From Sphyrna mokarran (Eukaryota), in contig JAGIQG010000020.1 of the NCBI GenBank assembly GCA_024679065.1, positions 7,936,001 through 8,000,000 on the forward strand: a stretch of DNA of 64,000 nucleotides, written 5' to 3'. The notes beneath the pieces were generated by a model that ran no database searches, was not told where the DNA came from, and saw nothing but the letters and a program-made list of their open reading frames with translations. Positions 34,905 through 48,500 of the stretch are shown one piece after another. The stretch's first letter is position 1. The number at the start of each line of letters is the position of its first letter. The translations under genes and the position numbers were made by a program.

Positions 34905-37829
34905 TTTGTAAGACACGTGATAAGATGAGGCAACTAAACTTGTCAGCAGCAGTAGTGCAGCTGCTGAAGTAAAATCTTTAGTTAAATGTTAGTGTGATAT
35001 CAATGTTTTCTACTTATAATGTTGTTTCTGTTGATAAATGTGTTCCACTAAACTATGAAATTCTACTAATATTTTATTGAACAAAACAAAACATTTAAAT
35101 ATGGAATGAGGCAAACGATTTGTAGAAACACACAGGACAATTAAACATGAGAATTAAAAGTCCATTGAGCAAGGTAGAAGAATGCCAAAGATGAGAACAT
35201 TTAGATTTTACAAGGCCCAAAATATGAACTCTGATTTGCTCAGTCTCATGCAAATCATAGTCTGAGAAGCTCTGATTCCTCAGCTTCAATGTTCTAAATT
35301 AAAACACAGGAACACTTATACAACTTTTACAATAACATAATGCAGAATCAAATTGTTTCTCAGACTTAGCAGATTATAAATTAAAACATAGGAACACTTG
35401 TATACATGCCATACATAAAGTTATGTGTTAATATAATGCTGTTTTAAATAGTAGCTTCGTAAATTTAGAACAAATAATCGAACCTGTTTATACATTAAAT
35501 AATACCCACCTTCAAACATCAAAAAAAATCTTAAATGAGCCAATAAGAACAACATCAACTCATAAAATACTTAAATATTAAAAATGCTTCACCTTGTAGG
35601 AGTTTTTCAGAGAGCAATTTATTATGCTTGCTTTTACGTGAGACATTTCTCTTTATTAATTACAGCTCAGCAAATATAAAGAATTCATAGAGACAATTAT
35701 TGTGGTTGAAGACATTCTTTATTGTCCAGGCGTGGTCAACATGAGTAGGAGAATTATTTGTGGAAGCCAAATTATCCTGATGTACATTGTTAGCTGTATT
35801 ACAATTATACATTTTTCAGAAACCATCTGCCTGCCTACTCTATTCATCCTAACCAGGTGACCCAGCATTTGGCCAGAATCATTCAGCCCTCTTGTAGCAT
35901 AAAAATAAATATACATCTGTAGGGCCCAGGCGCCTTTGCCCTCTGTCTCCTAACAGCCCTATATACATGCGTCCATAGAGTTCAAAAGTTCCTTTCCCAT
36001 TTTCTACTGAGGAATTATTTCGTGGGAGAATTGTATTATTCCATTCATTTGGCTGTCTAGGAATGCTCCAACTATCTGAGACCCACACTGATTCGAGAGT
36101 CATTTTCTACTTCACTTAGTGTCTATAATATTTTCGGGATGTGGTTCTTATTACTCAGCACTGTAGTTGGCCAAGGTGTACAGAATATTCAAAAATGCAT
36201 GTTTAAATTATCTAACAGTAGTTATATGCACTTCTACACGAACAGTACCTTTGTGACTCCAGATATTTTGTACCTTTTCTGTACAATATACATTCTAAAT
36301 TAGTTTATCTTAATCGAAAAATGGTTTACTCTCAAGTCGTTGGTCTCTTATCTCCTCTAACAAACATACTTTTACAACTGCAGGGAAATCCTTCTGTTTT
36401 CATTGTAAAATTGTACGTGCAAACTGGACTTTAATGGGCGTTTCATGTTTGCCCGCATCAGTAGGGGGCATGGTGAGGGCTCCACTGCATCTCGCTGGTT
36501 CATGGGAAGATGGTTTCTAAGTGACAGGATGCTGCTCCGATTGGAAGTTCTGGCGCAATTTTTCAGACCTAGAAAGTGCTGAAAAATTCCAATGGCCAAT
36601 GTGTGGTTGGCCAAAAATAGAAACAAATGGCATAGGTAGGTCTCCTGAGCAACTGCGACAAAACTACCAATGTACGCAGCAGGCTCAAACAAACAACAGA
36701 GTCATCTGACCAGACAAATGGTGTTGCAAGAAATCCCTAACCACACTTTCTTATGAGATGGCTTGCCTGCGAATGCCTTTGAGATTCAGGCTCCAAAAAG
36801 CAGTTTTGCATTGAAAAGGAGCCCCTGCTCTTAGAAAAGTATCTATTTATGTTTGCATTTCATTTCTTTACTATTTCTTTTAAGTAGTTCATACAGATGG
36901 CTCACTCAAACCATATTTTGTTAAATTTATTTCAATTATTGAGTAAGAGTATTATTTAACATGTATAAATGAACAAATGTCTTACTGGTTTCAAGTTGGT
37001 GAAAGCACTATTTAGTCATAGAAACATAGGGATGAATTTTCCCCTTCCAGCTGCCACAGAAATCCTACTGGTTGAGGGCTGGACAATGAAAACTTGGCAG
37101 AATTTTCCAGTTTCGGGTATAGCACAGCCACACAATCCCGCCCATAGAATCTCTACAGTGCAAAATGGAGCTATTTGACTCATCCAGACAGTACCAACAA
37201 CAATCCCACCCAGGTCAATAGCCATCTCGTTCAGACATATTTGCCTCTAAACAAGATTCACGTCCAGCAGGGATGCATGAAAACACTTCACGTGGAGGGG
37301 GCGGGTTCCAGTGATGCAGGAAAATTAGGCTCCCTTTCCTCTCCCTCCAACACTGCTTCCTCTACCTCTACAACCCTCTCCTCTTACTCATGTTCCACTC
37401 TTAATTGCTTATTCCAATTTGATTAAGGTTAATATTTCTGCATTGTTTATCTAAAGTATTCTATTATTCTAACATTTGAATGTTGCGTTTCGATGTTTGA
37501 TGTTTGAACAAATAATCTGAATCATTTTGTTAAGTTGAATGAAAGAAAAGTATTAATTAAATGAAAAAATAACTTTATGATTATATAAGTTTAACCATGT
37601 TCACAGTTATCTTAACATAACCACCTGAACTTTTCAAAACGTTTTCAATAATTTGTATTTCATATTTTTACACTCAGACACAATACAATCTTTTTCTACT
37701 TTAAGAAAACGTTTCTCATCTTTTTTTGTCAACAAGGATGTAAAGGGGATGGAAGGCTTGAATTGAGGAATGGATGCAAGTGTGGCAAGGGGAGTGTTTG
37801 GACATAGGAATGAATCATTTTAGAAGCTC

Positions 37830-38260
37830 ATGGCCCAAAAGCAGCAGCTGCCAGGCAATTTTGAACGCCGCTGCGTCACCTGGAGTTCAGGCCTCTCCAT
37901 CAGGCTCGATATTGACCTCGTTCAGCTTCCCCGTTTCCGTCGGCAATTCATCTTTGTGGTGAACGCCCGGTCAATGCTGGCGGGCCAAGCTTTGCAATAC
38001 ACAACACACGACAAAAATCTTTGTCACTTTCCCTGGTGCATACTGTAGCTTGCCATCTGACCTGTCCAGCCAGTGAAAACGTCACTTCAGTATGCCAATC
38101 TCCCTGACCACCACCTGACGAGTTGCTATCTGAACACGGTTGTAACGCTCCCGTGCTTCTCGTTGGTCTTGCCGAAATTGGTCATAAGCCATGTCCTCAG
38201 AAGATATCCCTTATCACCCAGTAACCATCCTGAAATTCCAAGTAATGTCGTCATGGTCCG
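37830..38260 (-). pseudogene. Harbinger transposase relic, copy 2
   Basis: GWLLGDKGYLLRTWLMT / ERYNRVQIATRQVVVREIGILK*RFHWLDRSDGKLQYAPGKVTKIFVVCCVLQSLA. Confidence 0.88.
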
Positions 38261-40146
38261 ATATTACATTGAACACTCAAAAATATGCATGCATTGTACC
38301 ATTCGGCGCTTGGTATAAGTAGATTAACTTTGCTCAATAATTTTCCAAACTTACTAAGTTACAACAATTACACACAACTCTGTATAAAATACATATTAAT
38401 GCTTGATAGAGATTAGGCTGTTAAACACAACACAATGCATTCGACGAGTAGATATTAAAATTTGAAAGAACTACGAAGTTACAAATGCTAATTATAGCAC
38501 ATAATTCTAAATTTACAACATCAAAGATATTGCATGGTGTGAAATATAATGATCTCCCTTAAACATCACAAGTTAAACTGCACTGATTCAATAAACATGG
38601 CGGAATGATTTAATACTTGTTTTTCTCTTGCACAGCGACTTTGGAATGAAGCTGAGGTGAGGAGAACGTTCTTCACCCAGAGGCTGGTGGAAGCGTGGAA
38701 TTCACTACCGCAGAATGTAATTGAGGCCAAAGCGTTCTCTTATTTTAAGAATATATTTGATATCGCTCTTAGGGCTGAAGGGGTACAGAGATATTGGGGG
38801 AACAAGGCATCCAGTCATAATTCAACAGGATATTGAATTGGATGATCAACCCTGGTCAAAATGAATGGTGGAGCTAGCTGGAAGAGCCCAATCGTCTACT
38901 CCTGCATCCAGTTTCTATGTTTCCCCAATATCTCGACTCTCCACATTTTCTCGACTCCTTAACGGCAAATACTCATAGCTACGGGTGGCAGGCTGATGCT
39001 TCTGTATTTTCTTCTTTTAAGTTTGCTTTTAATCTTCAGCTGAAGTTTTGCTTACTGTTCAGCTGTTTTTATTTATCTTTGTGTTATTCATTTAAAAGTT
39101 AGAATTGTATTTTTCTCTATAATAGCTGAGCTTAATTCAACTCTGTTGTGCCTGTTCTACATTAGCTGTAATCATTGTAACGTATCAATAATAACATTAT
39201 TAACATAAAGTTAATTAATGAAGTTGCAAAATGTTAAACATTTGAAATATCGCGAATTAACAGAATTTTGCTGTCATGTTGAAGGACTAACATTCTTTTC
39301 AACAAACTTTTGGTGATAAAATAAATGCTTGAAAATACACTTTGTTGTCTGATTTGTCATCACCTCCTCTGTGTCGACTATTTGAACACCCTTTCCCAAT
39401 CTTCCATATTTCAATGAACTAATCTTTAAGTCATTAAAAATTCAAAGAGTGGTGACCCAATTTACTCAGACTCCGATAGTAGGGCAACACGGTGTCCGGG
39501 GAATTAATGAAACTATATCCTTCCTTATATTCGGGAAATAGTTTACCTCAGTTGGGGACTGTGGTATAGTAGTTAGAACTGCTGCCTCAAAGTGTCAGGG
39601 ACCCGGGTTCAATTGCGGACTCAGGTCACTATCAGTATGAAGTTTTCATATTTTCTTCGTGTCTGTTTGTGTTTTCGCTTGGTGTCCCGTTTAGAGTTTG
39701 AAGGGCAATTTAGTTTGATCAGACATGTATAATCACTCCCGACTGTTAAGACGACTAGAAGGCATTACAGTGCCGGGGTGGAATTGTCGACATAGGTTCG
39801 AAGGGCCAAATGGCCTCCTCCGCATTTAGGAATTGTGTGATTTCTCCACCGTGCCCAGGTCTTATACAACGACAGCAAGATTGTCTTATTACTATACTCC
39901 AGTCCACGTGCAGGAAGATAAATCTTGTAATTTGTCTGCCTTTGTGCTTGTTCGACACTGCAGTCTCACTGAACACCAATATTTATAAATTGAATTTGAC
40001 CCGCTTTTTAAAGGAATACATTTCGAAGTAACAATGATAATGGGAAGCTTTTCAAAACATTGGGAGGTTCAGTTCAAGAAATTCAAAGACCCGAATAGAA
40101 ACAAGAAAATATGAGAAATACTCAACACCGCCTATGCGGAGAAGAG

Positions 40147-40192
40147 TGGCTCACCTGATGAAGGAGCAGCGCTCCGAAAGCTGGTGATGCCA
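40147..40192 (+). ncRNA. Minimal hammerhead-like motif, best-preserved copy
   Basis: TGGCTCAC-CTGATGA-A-GGAGC-AGC-GCTCC-GAAA-GC-TG-GTGATGCCA; perfect helix II, G at the cleavage position. Confidence 0.72.
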
Positions 40193-40462
40193 AATAAATC
40201 TCTTTGAATTTAACCTGGTGTTGTGAGACTTCTTACTGTGCCCACCCCAGCCCAACACCGGCATCTCCACATTTGTGGAGAAGGAAAGGGTTTATGTTTC
40301 AGGTCGATGTCCTTTCATGAAACAAACTTTAGAAATGCTTTGCAGTTTTAGTCAACTTTAATTATTGAAAGTAAATAAAGTTTTGGCTCTGAGACGGGAA
40401 AATTAGCAGCAATAGCAATCGCCAAAAACCGGCTGATAACAATCATCGTCACTGGTTTTAGG

Positions 40463-40546
40463 AAGCTGTCTCATTGGTTGAAATGAAAAGACTAATTTGC
40501 ATTCCAACACAAGGTAACACCTTCTTGGTAACAGGGGCTATTAAAA
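40463..40546 (+). promoter_or_regulatory. IgL promoter, cluster 3 (octamer 40495-40502, TATA-like 40539-40546)
   Basis: TAATTTGCAT and TATTAAAA; only the ATTGG half of the CCAAT pair is kept. Confidence 0.88.
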
Positions 40547-40625
40547 GACAGAGAGAGAGATTGCCACTGTGAACCCATCTTGACAAATAACTGGCAGAAC
40601 TTGGTACTTCAGCAAACTTTTCACA

Positions 40626-40674
40626 ATGACTGACTGGGTCCATGCGATCATTGTGTTCATTTTTGGTCTCGCAT
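40626..40674 (+). CDS. IGLV: IgL cluster 3 leader exon
   Basis: MTDWVHAIIVFIFGLA, donor GTGAGT at 40675. Confidence 0.93.
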
Positions 40675-40808
40675 GTGAGTATTTAAAACGTAGGGTCGAT
40701 GTGTATGCGCGTTTTCGAGGACAACTTCGGTGACTTTTCAAAAAGCATTTTTTTCTGTAATTAATTTGAGTAGCTTAACATTAATATTTGGAATCTGTTT
40801 CCTTTCAG

Positions 40809-41156
40809 TTTCTAACGCGGCGATTACAGTCAGTCAACCGCCTTCGAAATCTACTTCTCTCGGAGGAACCGTCCAAATAAGTTGCACCTTGTCTGGCGCC
40901 AGTTTAGGAAGCAGCAACATATATTGGTACCAGCAGAAATCTGGAAATGCTCCCCGGTATCTGCTTTATCACGATGCTGGAAGCAGCACTAATAGAGCCC
41001 CGGGAGTTCCAGACCGGTTTTCAGGTTCGGTATCCGGTAACACGGGAACTTTAAGTATCAGTCAAGTTGAATCGGAGGACACCGCAGAGTATTACTGTGC
41101 TATATGGAAAAACAACTTGTGCTACTATGGCGGCGGAACCAAGCTGGGCGTTGGCA
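40809..41156 (+). CDS. IGLV: IgL cluster 3 germline-joined VJ exon (CDR3 AIWKNNLCY, atypical J YGGGTKLGVG)
   Basis: Acceptor cctttcag ends at 40808; intact V motifs; donor GTGAGT at 41157. Confidence 0.96.
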
Positions 41157-41739
41157 GTGAGTAAATTCCCTTCTGTTACATTGTCCAAAACTCGTTTTCG
41201 GGTAATAGCAAAACATTCCCTGGGTATATTATTTTGAATAAATTGAAATGTTCTTTTAACAACATAACCATGAGTTCAATTTAACCTATACAAGGCGACC
41301 CTGCAAATAACGTTATCTTTTGTCGCCTTCCAATTCGATAATGATTTCTGATGTATCCGCATTGAATTGTTTTAGTTGAGGCAGAATTACAACAAGCCGC
41401 AAAATTCCTGTACCATCAGATCAGCGGGATAAGCAAAGCGCTTTACTCCTAATGTGTCGTCAAATGACCTTGCAGAGAAAGAAAACATGTCGACCCCAGT
41501 AATACCAATAAAGATCTCAACGGTTTAAAATCTCGTTCCTTAAAGTTACCAAATCACATTGCCGGTAGACACAAGTAAATAATGAGCACTTGCGCCAGTT
41601 GCTTGAACTGGTGGACTTCGCGTAGAAACAGCCCCTTTTAAATAGCCCATCAAATATGGCAACAGAAATAGGAAGGCAAAAAATGGTATGTAAATCAAAC
41701 TGACTGCAGCGCTCTGCATTCAGACCCCCTGCTAACTTT

Positions 41740-42005
41740 TAAAGTTTATTAAAAATTAGTCACAAGGAAGACTTGCACTGCAATGAAATCATTGTGAAAT
41801 TCCCCAAGTTGCCAGACTCCAGCGCCTGTTCGTGCTAATGCACTTAACCAGCCTTTCCAGCTGTGGGAGGAAACCAGAACACCCGGATAAAATACATGTA
41901 GACAAGGGGAGAAAGTGCAAACTCCTCACAGGCAATGACCCTATGCGGGAATCGAATCTGATTTCCTGGCGCTGTGAGGGAGTAACTGTGCCATGGTGCC
42001 GCCCC
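41740..42005 (-). mobile_element. V-SINE in the cluster 3 J-C intron
   Basis: Same position and sequence family as 19097-19376. Confidence 0.85.
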
Positions 42006-43773
42006 TTTACAGATGGAATTATTGCTACATTGAATATCCCTGATTTGATTTGAACTGCGGAATGTTGATTTGAACAGACAGTGCAGGATGACTGGCCGCT
42101 CATGCCGAAACACTTTCGATTGGACATTGTTTAATTGCAAAGCTTTGAATTCACACGGCCATTGCAAGTTAAGCCTGTGTACTTCTCTGCTGAAGCTGGG
42201 TTGTAAGTAGAATAGCGAATGACTTACTGGTCTTCTCTGTAATGAATGACACATGACCACGTTTCACGACAGAGCAGAGTCTAGGTAAAACTAACATTGC
42301 CTGAAATGTGATCAGTGATATTATTAAATTTATCATTGTGCTCCAACAATTCACATTGCCGGATTCTACGGTGTATTGAGCATGCGCCCCACAGGAACCT
42401 CCAATTCATTCTGCCGTTGAAATCTGATCTGAGTTTGTTGCTTATTTCAAGGCAGAAACCAGTAATCAGAGAAGGTAGAATGTGACCCAGTGTAACAATT
42501 CCACTGCATTAATACTGTTAATCATATTTAACACTGAACTCTTCCACTAATTACGCAGTGAAACTTGTCCATCTAAGGTAAGACTATCCCTTAGCTCTAA
42601 AGCTCGCTCAGAATGTTGCATCAATACAGCGCCTCCATACAGTCAGTATGAGTGCGGATTGCAACTTGGCCCAGAGTGTAACACGGTAGATGCTGGGTGC
42701 ATTAAAAGATTTAACATTTCCTCGAATCCCTACTTCGATCAACCTCAATGTAAACCTATCTGTCCAGAGATCACCATTATTACATTGTTGCACAAAGTCA
42801 AGGTTTCCATCATCCTCTCGAACAAAAGACGCATATTTAAGGACACAACCCATACTAACAAGTAGTTGCGTTTATTTCCTGGCTTGTATCCGAAACATAC
42901 CAGAGTGTTTGCCATTATATTTTTGTTAATGAGGTCCGCAAAATGATCTCCGCGGGCACTTTTTTCCCATAGATGGTAAGGAGACCAATCACTGGTTAAT
43001 CTGATTTCGCACAATGACGGTAGGCTGACGGCACTTCTAACAAAACCGTAACATTTAGTCAGTTAGATCCAACAATCGATGATCTTGGTTTAATTCTAAT
43101 CCAAAAGCTGTAACTACGGCCTGAGTCACTTTCCCTTGGCTGGACTGTCAGTCCAGATAGCGCGGTCAGATTCCCGTGTGGAGCTGAAATCGCCTGAGCC
43201 GAGAAGGGAGAACCTCGCAGGGTGAAAGTGCCAGTGAAACGGTAACTATACTGCTCAGGACAATAACATAAAAGTTCGTCAGTAAAAACATGATGGTAAA
43301 ACTGACCAACACTTCTTCCCATCGGAATACAATAGAGCAAATTTAATATATGTTCAGCGTTTCTAATTTTATTTCTTACTTCAACTAACAACACAGATTC
43401 TCAATGTGGACACACGGCAGCTAAAAATAACAGCGTTATTTTCAACAATGTATTATGAACCACGATATCTTTAATGGCATTCTGGGAGACATTGCGAAAT
43501 AAAATGCGCATGTATGGAATTGTTGTCCATAAAACTGAACAGTCACCCCCAGTTCAACCCCAGTCAGACATTAAATATGAACTTCGCTTTTTAGCTCCAA
43601 ATGCCTCATCGATGTCCCTCCTTCACCGTTCCTCGGATGAAGGCACAAAGTAAAGGGACGTATTTATTGTATTTAATGAATGACCGAATTTAGATCATAT
43701 GGTTTGGAAGATCATAATGCGTCAAACAAATCAATTCCTCAACACTACTCAACCTATTTTGTTTTTAAACCAG

Positions 43774-44096
43774 GTCCGCAGAAACCATCTGTCTCCCTCC
43801 TCCCACCTTCATCGGATCAAATCACAGCGAAGAACATGGCGACCCTGGTGTGTTTGGTGAGCGGTTTTAAACCGGGAGCTGCGGAGATTGAATGGACTGT
43901 AGATGGCAGCGTCAGAGGGAATGGGGTTGAGACCAGTCGGGTCCAGCAAGAGGCGGACAACACGTTCAGTATGAGCAGTTATCTGACTCTGTCAGCCTCA
44001 GAGTGGAACTCACACGAGCTTTACTCCTGTCTGGTCAAACACGAGGCTCTAGCAAACCCGCTTCAAACAACCGTCTCCAGATCCAACTGTATGTAA
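43774..44096 (+). CDS. IGLC: IgL cluster 3 constant exon
   Basis: Acceptor ends at 43773; ends YSCLVKHEALANPLQTTVSRSNCM-stop. Confidence 0.97.
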
Positions 44097-44404
44097 ATTT
44101 AGAAACTGCTCTCAGCCAAGTTGCGAATGTTTGTTCATTTCTGTTCATTTCTCTCTTGTGACGGAAAGGGCAGAAATTGATCGTATTTGAGAAATTTAAG
44201 AAAATGGCCACCGCGGTTGGAGCTTCGGGTTTTAGCACTTGCTCTTTTAAAAGGGTCTTTGATTGGAACATTGTCAGTGTTCAGTGAAACCTCGTCGTTT
44301 ATCAATTTACATTTATGTATTCGATAATCATAATTAAAATGCAACAATCTGGTTATTGCAATTTAAGTGTCTACTTACCCTTAGACATTTAGATAAAACT
44401 GTCC

Positions 44405-44410
44405 AATAAA
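44405..44410 (+). terminator. Polyadenylation signal AATAAA, cluster 3
   Basis: Positionally conserved hexamer. Confidence 0.75.
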
Positions 44411-45348
44411 ATAATTAAGATCAAATGCAAAACGACTCACCGTATCTTTTATTGCTATTTTCAAGATAAGTCATATGTAACACTTTTTTTGTTATTCTTT
44501 AGCCTTACATAACAAGTTATATTGAAATTCTTTCATTCCCAACTTTGGAATCTAAAGTATTGTTTGTACTCCCTGTTGGTGGTGTCACTGAGCTGGCCGA
44601 TATTTCCCAAGCCTTCGAACATGTAAGACTCACGAAGTCTGTATCTCTGTATTAAAGACATAACTTTATTTAAACAAATCGTCGCCAGGAATTCGTCAAA
44701 AGTTAAGTAGCTCTGACGTAGAGCAGCAAAATCTCTCCGATGAATGGAACATATATAATCACAAAGAAATCAATCATACTTTTTCTCTTATGAATCATTT
44801 GCGCCTTTCAGTGAATTTTAAATCAGTAATTTTCAAGATGCACAAATCAACAGCAATACACGTCAAATACCCAACCACATGCTACCCCTCTGCATAATGG
44901 TATTTTATTAGTCCGAGAATTCTGGAAGGTAACTCCGTCTTGGCTGACTCCACATCCTGGTTGCCTAGGCAACCTAAGACACATAGCCGAAGTTCACTGT
45001 TCACTGTATACCCAACCAATTCGACACCAATTCTGGACACAAATCTACCTCGTCTGGACAATGAATAAACCTATTCATGATATATGATTGTTCCTTCCAT
45101 CCGAAACGTTACGGACGAAACTTGCATATTTCCAAGGTCTAAGATTCTGTCGAAATGTGGCTTGCTGTAATGACTTCTATCATGATGCCGTGCGGTAAAA
45201 TACTGTTTGGCTACAGTGAACAATATTCCTGAAAATCAATAACAATACACCCAATATATCAGCATATGTGCATTTTATTCATAATCGTTCGTTTGAATCA
45301 GGTACGGCATTTCATATGTGCACTTTGGTTCTTTTTAGTTGATAAACT

Positions 45349-45535
45349 CGGCTGCCTTCAGTGGTGATAGAAGCAAACTCGCTGGGGTCTTTTAAGAGAC
45401 TTCTGGATGAGTACATAGGATTTAATGGGATTGGGAGTTATAGATAGTTCTATGGCTTGGTAGGTAGGGATATGATCGGCACAACCTGTGGGCCGAAGGG
45501 CCTGTTTGTGCTGCAGTGTTCTATGTTCTATGTTC
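45349..45535 (+). mobile_element. Short CR1 3'-end insertion specific to spacer 3
   Basis: LPSVVIEANSLGSFKRLLDEY followed by tail gggccgaagggcctg...(TGTTCTA)n; absent at about 6300 and 22545. Confidence 0.85.
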
Positions 45536-48500
45536 AATACAATTAACTGAATGCTGTTAGTTCTGTCAGTGCTTTAATGTCTACTGGTTCAAAAATTTTA
45601 TACCCCATCAAGAGTTCCACTTATACACTCTTTCATCAAATCTCAGCAACCTCTTTATTACCCTGTACAGTGTTTAAAGCTCCTTGTATCTGGCTCCACT
45701 CTATTTCTCTGCTGATTTACACATTAAAGTTATCTGGAAATGAGACCCATCGCTGTTGCAGAGTCTGGTGAAATACGATTGTCGTTATAGTGAAAGGCTC
45801 TTTATCAATTACCTTTATGCATCCGATGATATTAATTAAAATGCAGCAAATCAAATCAATCCAAGCAATATGGACATTGTAGCTTCAGTTTGGGATCAGT
45901 GTTAGAAGCTCCAAGTAAAGCTGATGAGTAAATGAACTGACCTAAGATGAAATGCAATACCTTTTTTAGTGTCTCTTATTGATGAAGAAAATTTGCCAAA
46001 TCTAACACTTCATAGGGATTAGTAAGGGTCATTCAGTAAACAAGATGCAAAGTTATCCTGAAACAAATTTCACCACTGTTATAAAGTCAGATGAAATACT
46101 CAAAGTCATAGCACTTAACAGCACAGAAAGGAGCCCTTTGTCCACGGTGACTGCACCGACCATCACGCACCTACCTATTGTAATCCCATTTCCATACCCT
46201 GTATATTCAAAACAGTTGTAAGATAGGAATTTTGGGGTTTGGAGCGTTCAACAAAGGAGGATCAAGAAATTCATGAGGTCAGAGGAAAGATTTGACCAGC
46301 AAGAGTCCTAAATACGGTTCGTAACTTCACCTAAACATATGTAGATAAGAAGTGATCCATGGATATAAATATATGAAGCTTAACGGCAAAAATTGGTGAA
46401 ATCCTAAGGCATTACGAAAGAGAAGCAATCCGAAGATAATTAGAAATCAATGGTTCAGCAAGAACGAAGAAGTTAAATAAATCAGTATAAGACAAGAAGT
46501 AGTAGATTTGAAAATAATGAGAATAAATCGTGACAAATCCCATGGGACGGAGTTCCATAGTACATAGTTTAACCGAGGTAATTGGACGGCGATATTGTAG
46601 TTAAATTTCCGAAATCCTTTGACTCTGCAACAGTTTTCGAAGGTTAGAAGACCGGAAAGTCAATCCTGATATTTACGAAAGGAGGAAAAAAATAAATCGT
46701 GAATCAGAAGTCAAGCCCCAGGGGCACGCAAAAATCTAAAGCATCTTTCTTGGAGGCGTGATAACAGGGCATTTAGAAAGCCAGGATTTTGAGGATATTA
46801 CTCGAAAAAAGAATAAGATGGGATCAGCGGGTTCGTATTTTTACAAAAAAAAGCACAAATCAGGTGTCACCACATACGTTTCATAGATAGAATTCCGACA
46901 CGCGGGATTGGTGCAATATATGAGCCTGAATTTAAGTTGGTGAATGGACAGAAAACAGGAAACAGGAATAAATTGGTCATTAGCGCTTTGGCTGCGTTTA
47001 GAGAGCTGTGTTTGAACAGGATCAAGACTTGCACTCCCACAATGTGCAACATATTTATAATATTTCAATTTTCTACGCAGAGAGCTGTGGAATCGCAGTC
47101 ACTGTGTTTATTCAAGCCTTTGATTTATTTTGACTTTTTAAGCTAATTATCGAATTTGGGGATAGCGCAGGAAGATGGTCTTGAGGTAGATGTTCTGTTC
47201 ATGACCTTACTGAATGGCGCCACAGATTTGAAGGCCAGAAGGCCATTTTCCTGCTCCTGTTTCTTATGTCCTTATGTCCAGCTGTTAAATGTTTTCTGGT
47301 GTTGATTACCGATGAAGGGAATAGGAAATAATTTAATTTTTATTCTACTTGGTCCATGTTGATCAATCACAAGATGAAGAAGTTTGCTGAAACCAGGTTA
47401 AAAACTGTCAGTGCAAGACTTTCTTAGAAACAGTACAAGGTTTCAATCCATCCCTTGCTTGAGCGCGTGGCTGCTGATTTTGGCTCCATCATAGATATCC
47501 ACATTCAATTGCCCAGCCTGTTAGCCAATGCGCCCTTTGACCAAGCACGGTTCTGAAACCTGCAAACCTGCTCTATCTCCTGTGCCAGCTGAAGGACTCT
47601 GTCTAGATTCTACAATGACGGTACAGCCATTTAGCAACTAGATTGATGAATTCAATACGTATTGGACAAAGAAAATTAAACCTGATGCATTGTTTCCTGG
47701 CAACTGAAACAGATTTACAGCATTTCGACAGAATTGCATTCTTTAATCGTGCCATTCTGTTGACTATGACTTCCTTCAGACGAGACATGAAATCCTTTTG
47801 TCCCATGTCGATGTGATTTTTATTGAAAGAACAGTATAGCACAGAAACAGACCCTTCGGCCTATCAAGTATGTGCCGATACAGATGCTTGTCGAATCTAA
47901 TATTTTCTGGCCTCTACGTGATCCATATCACTCCATTAAAGAAAATAAATCCATGAAATCAATCCATGAACGTATTCGGGAAACAATTTTCCCTTCAATG
48001 ATCATTGTTGGAAATGATTATGTTTTGATGACTTTTCTGCTTGCGGAAGTTTGATGGGCACAGATTTTCTGCCTTGATCCCTATATCATAACAGTGACTG
48101 CACTTTCAAAACTATTCCATTGACTGTGAAGAGCCTCAGAACGTCCTGATATCACGAAAGGCGCCATGTAATGGCCATGAGGAGAATTTTTAGAAAGAGA
48201 ATTGTCAGGGGAAATATGAGTTGAGTAGGATTTCACGGATCTCCCTTCCAAAGCGCCAGTCAGTCTTAATCGGCAGAGCCGTCTCCTTCTGTATGTGCTA
48301 CTGTTCCATGGCTGCAAATGATACGTTCGAGGGATGGTATGGAATTGTGAGAGAGGAAGCTCCAAAACATTTTTTTTGCCATGGAAGAATCAGGGAAAAA
48401 AATCCATGATCGCCTCATACTACTGAATGGTCCCTTAATAAAGGAATGTGTTCATTTCAATTAAATTCTGGAACCAACTGCTTCGAATTTTCCAGTGCGC

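Noticed and set aside
43680-43773. In-frame ATG upstream of the C exon in clusters 3 and 4 (stand-alone C protein)
   Set aside because: Lies in the intron before a clear acceptor, has no signal peptide and is not open in cluster 1.
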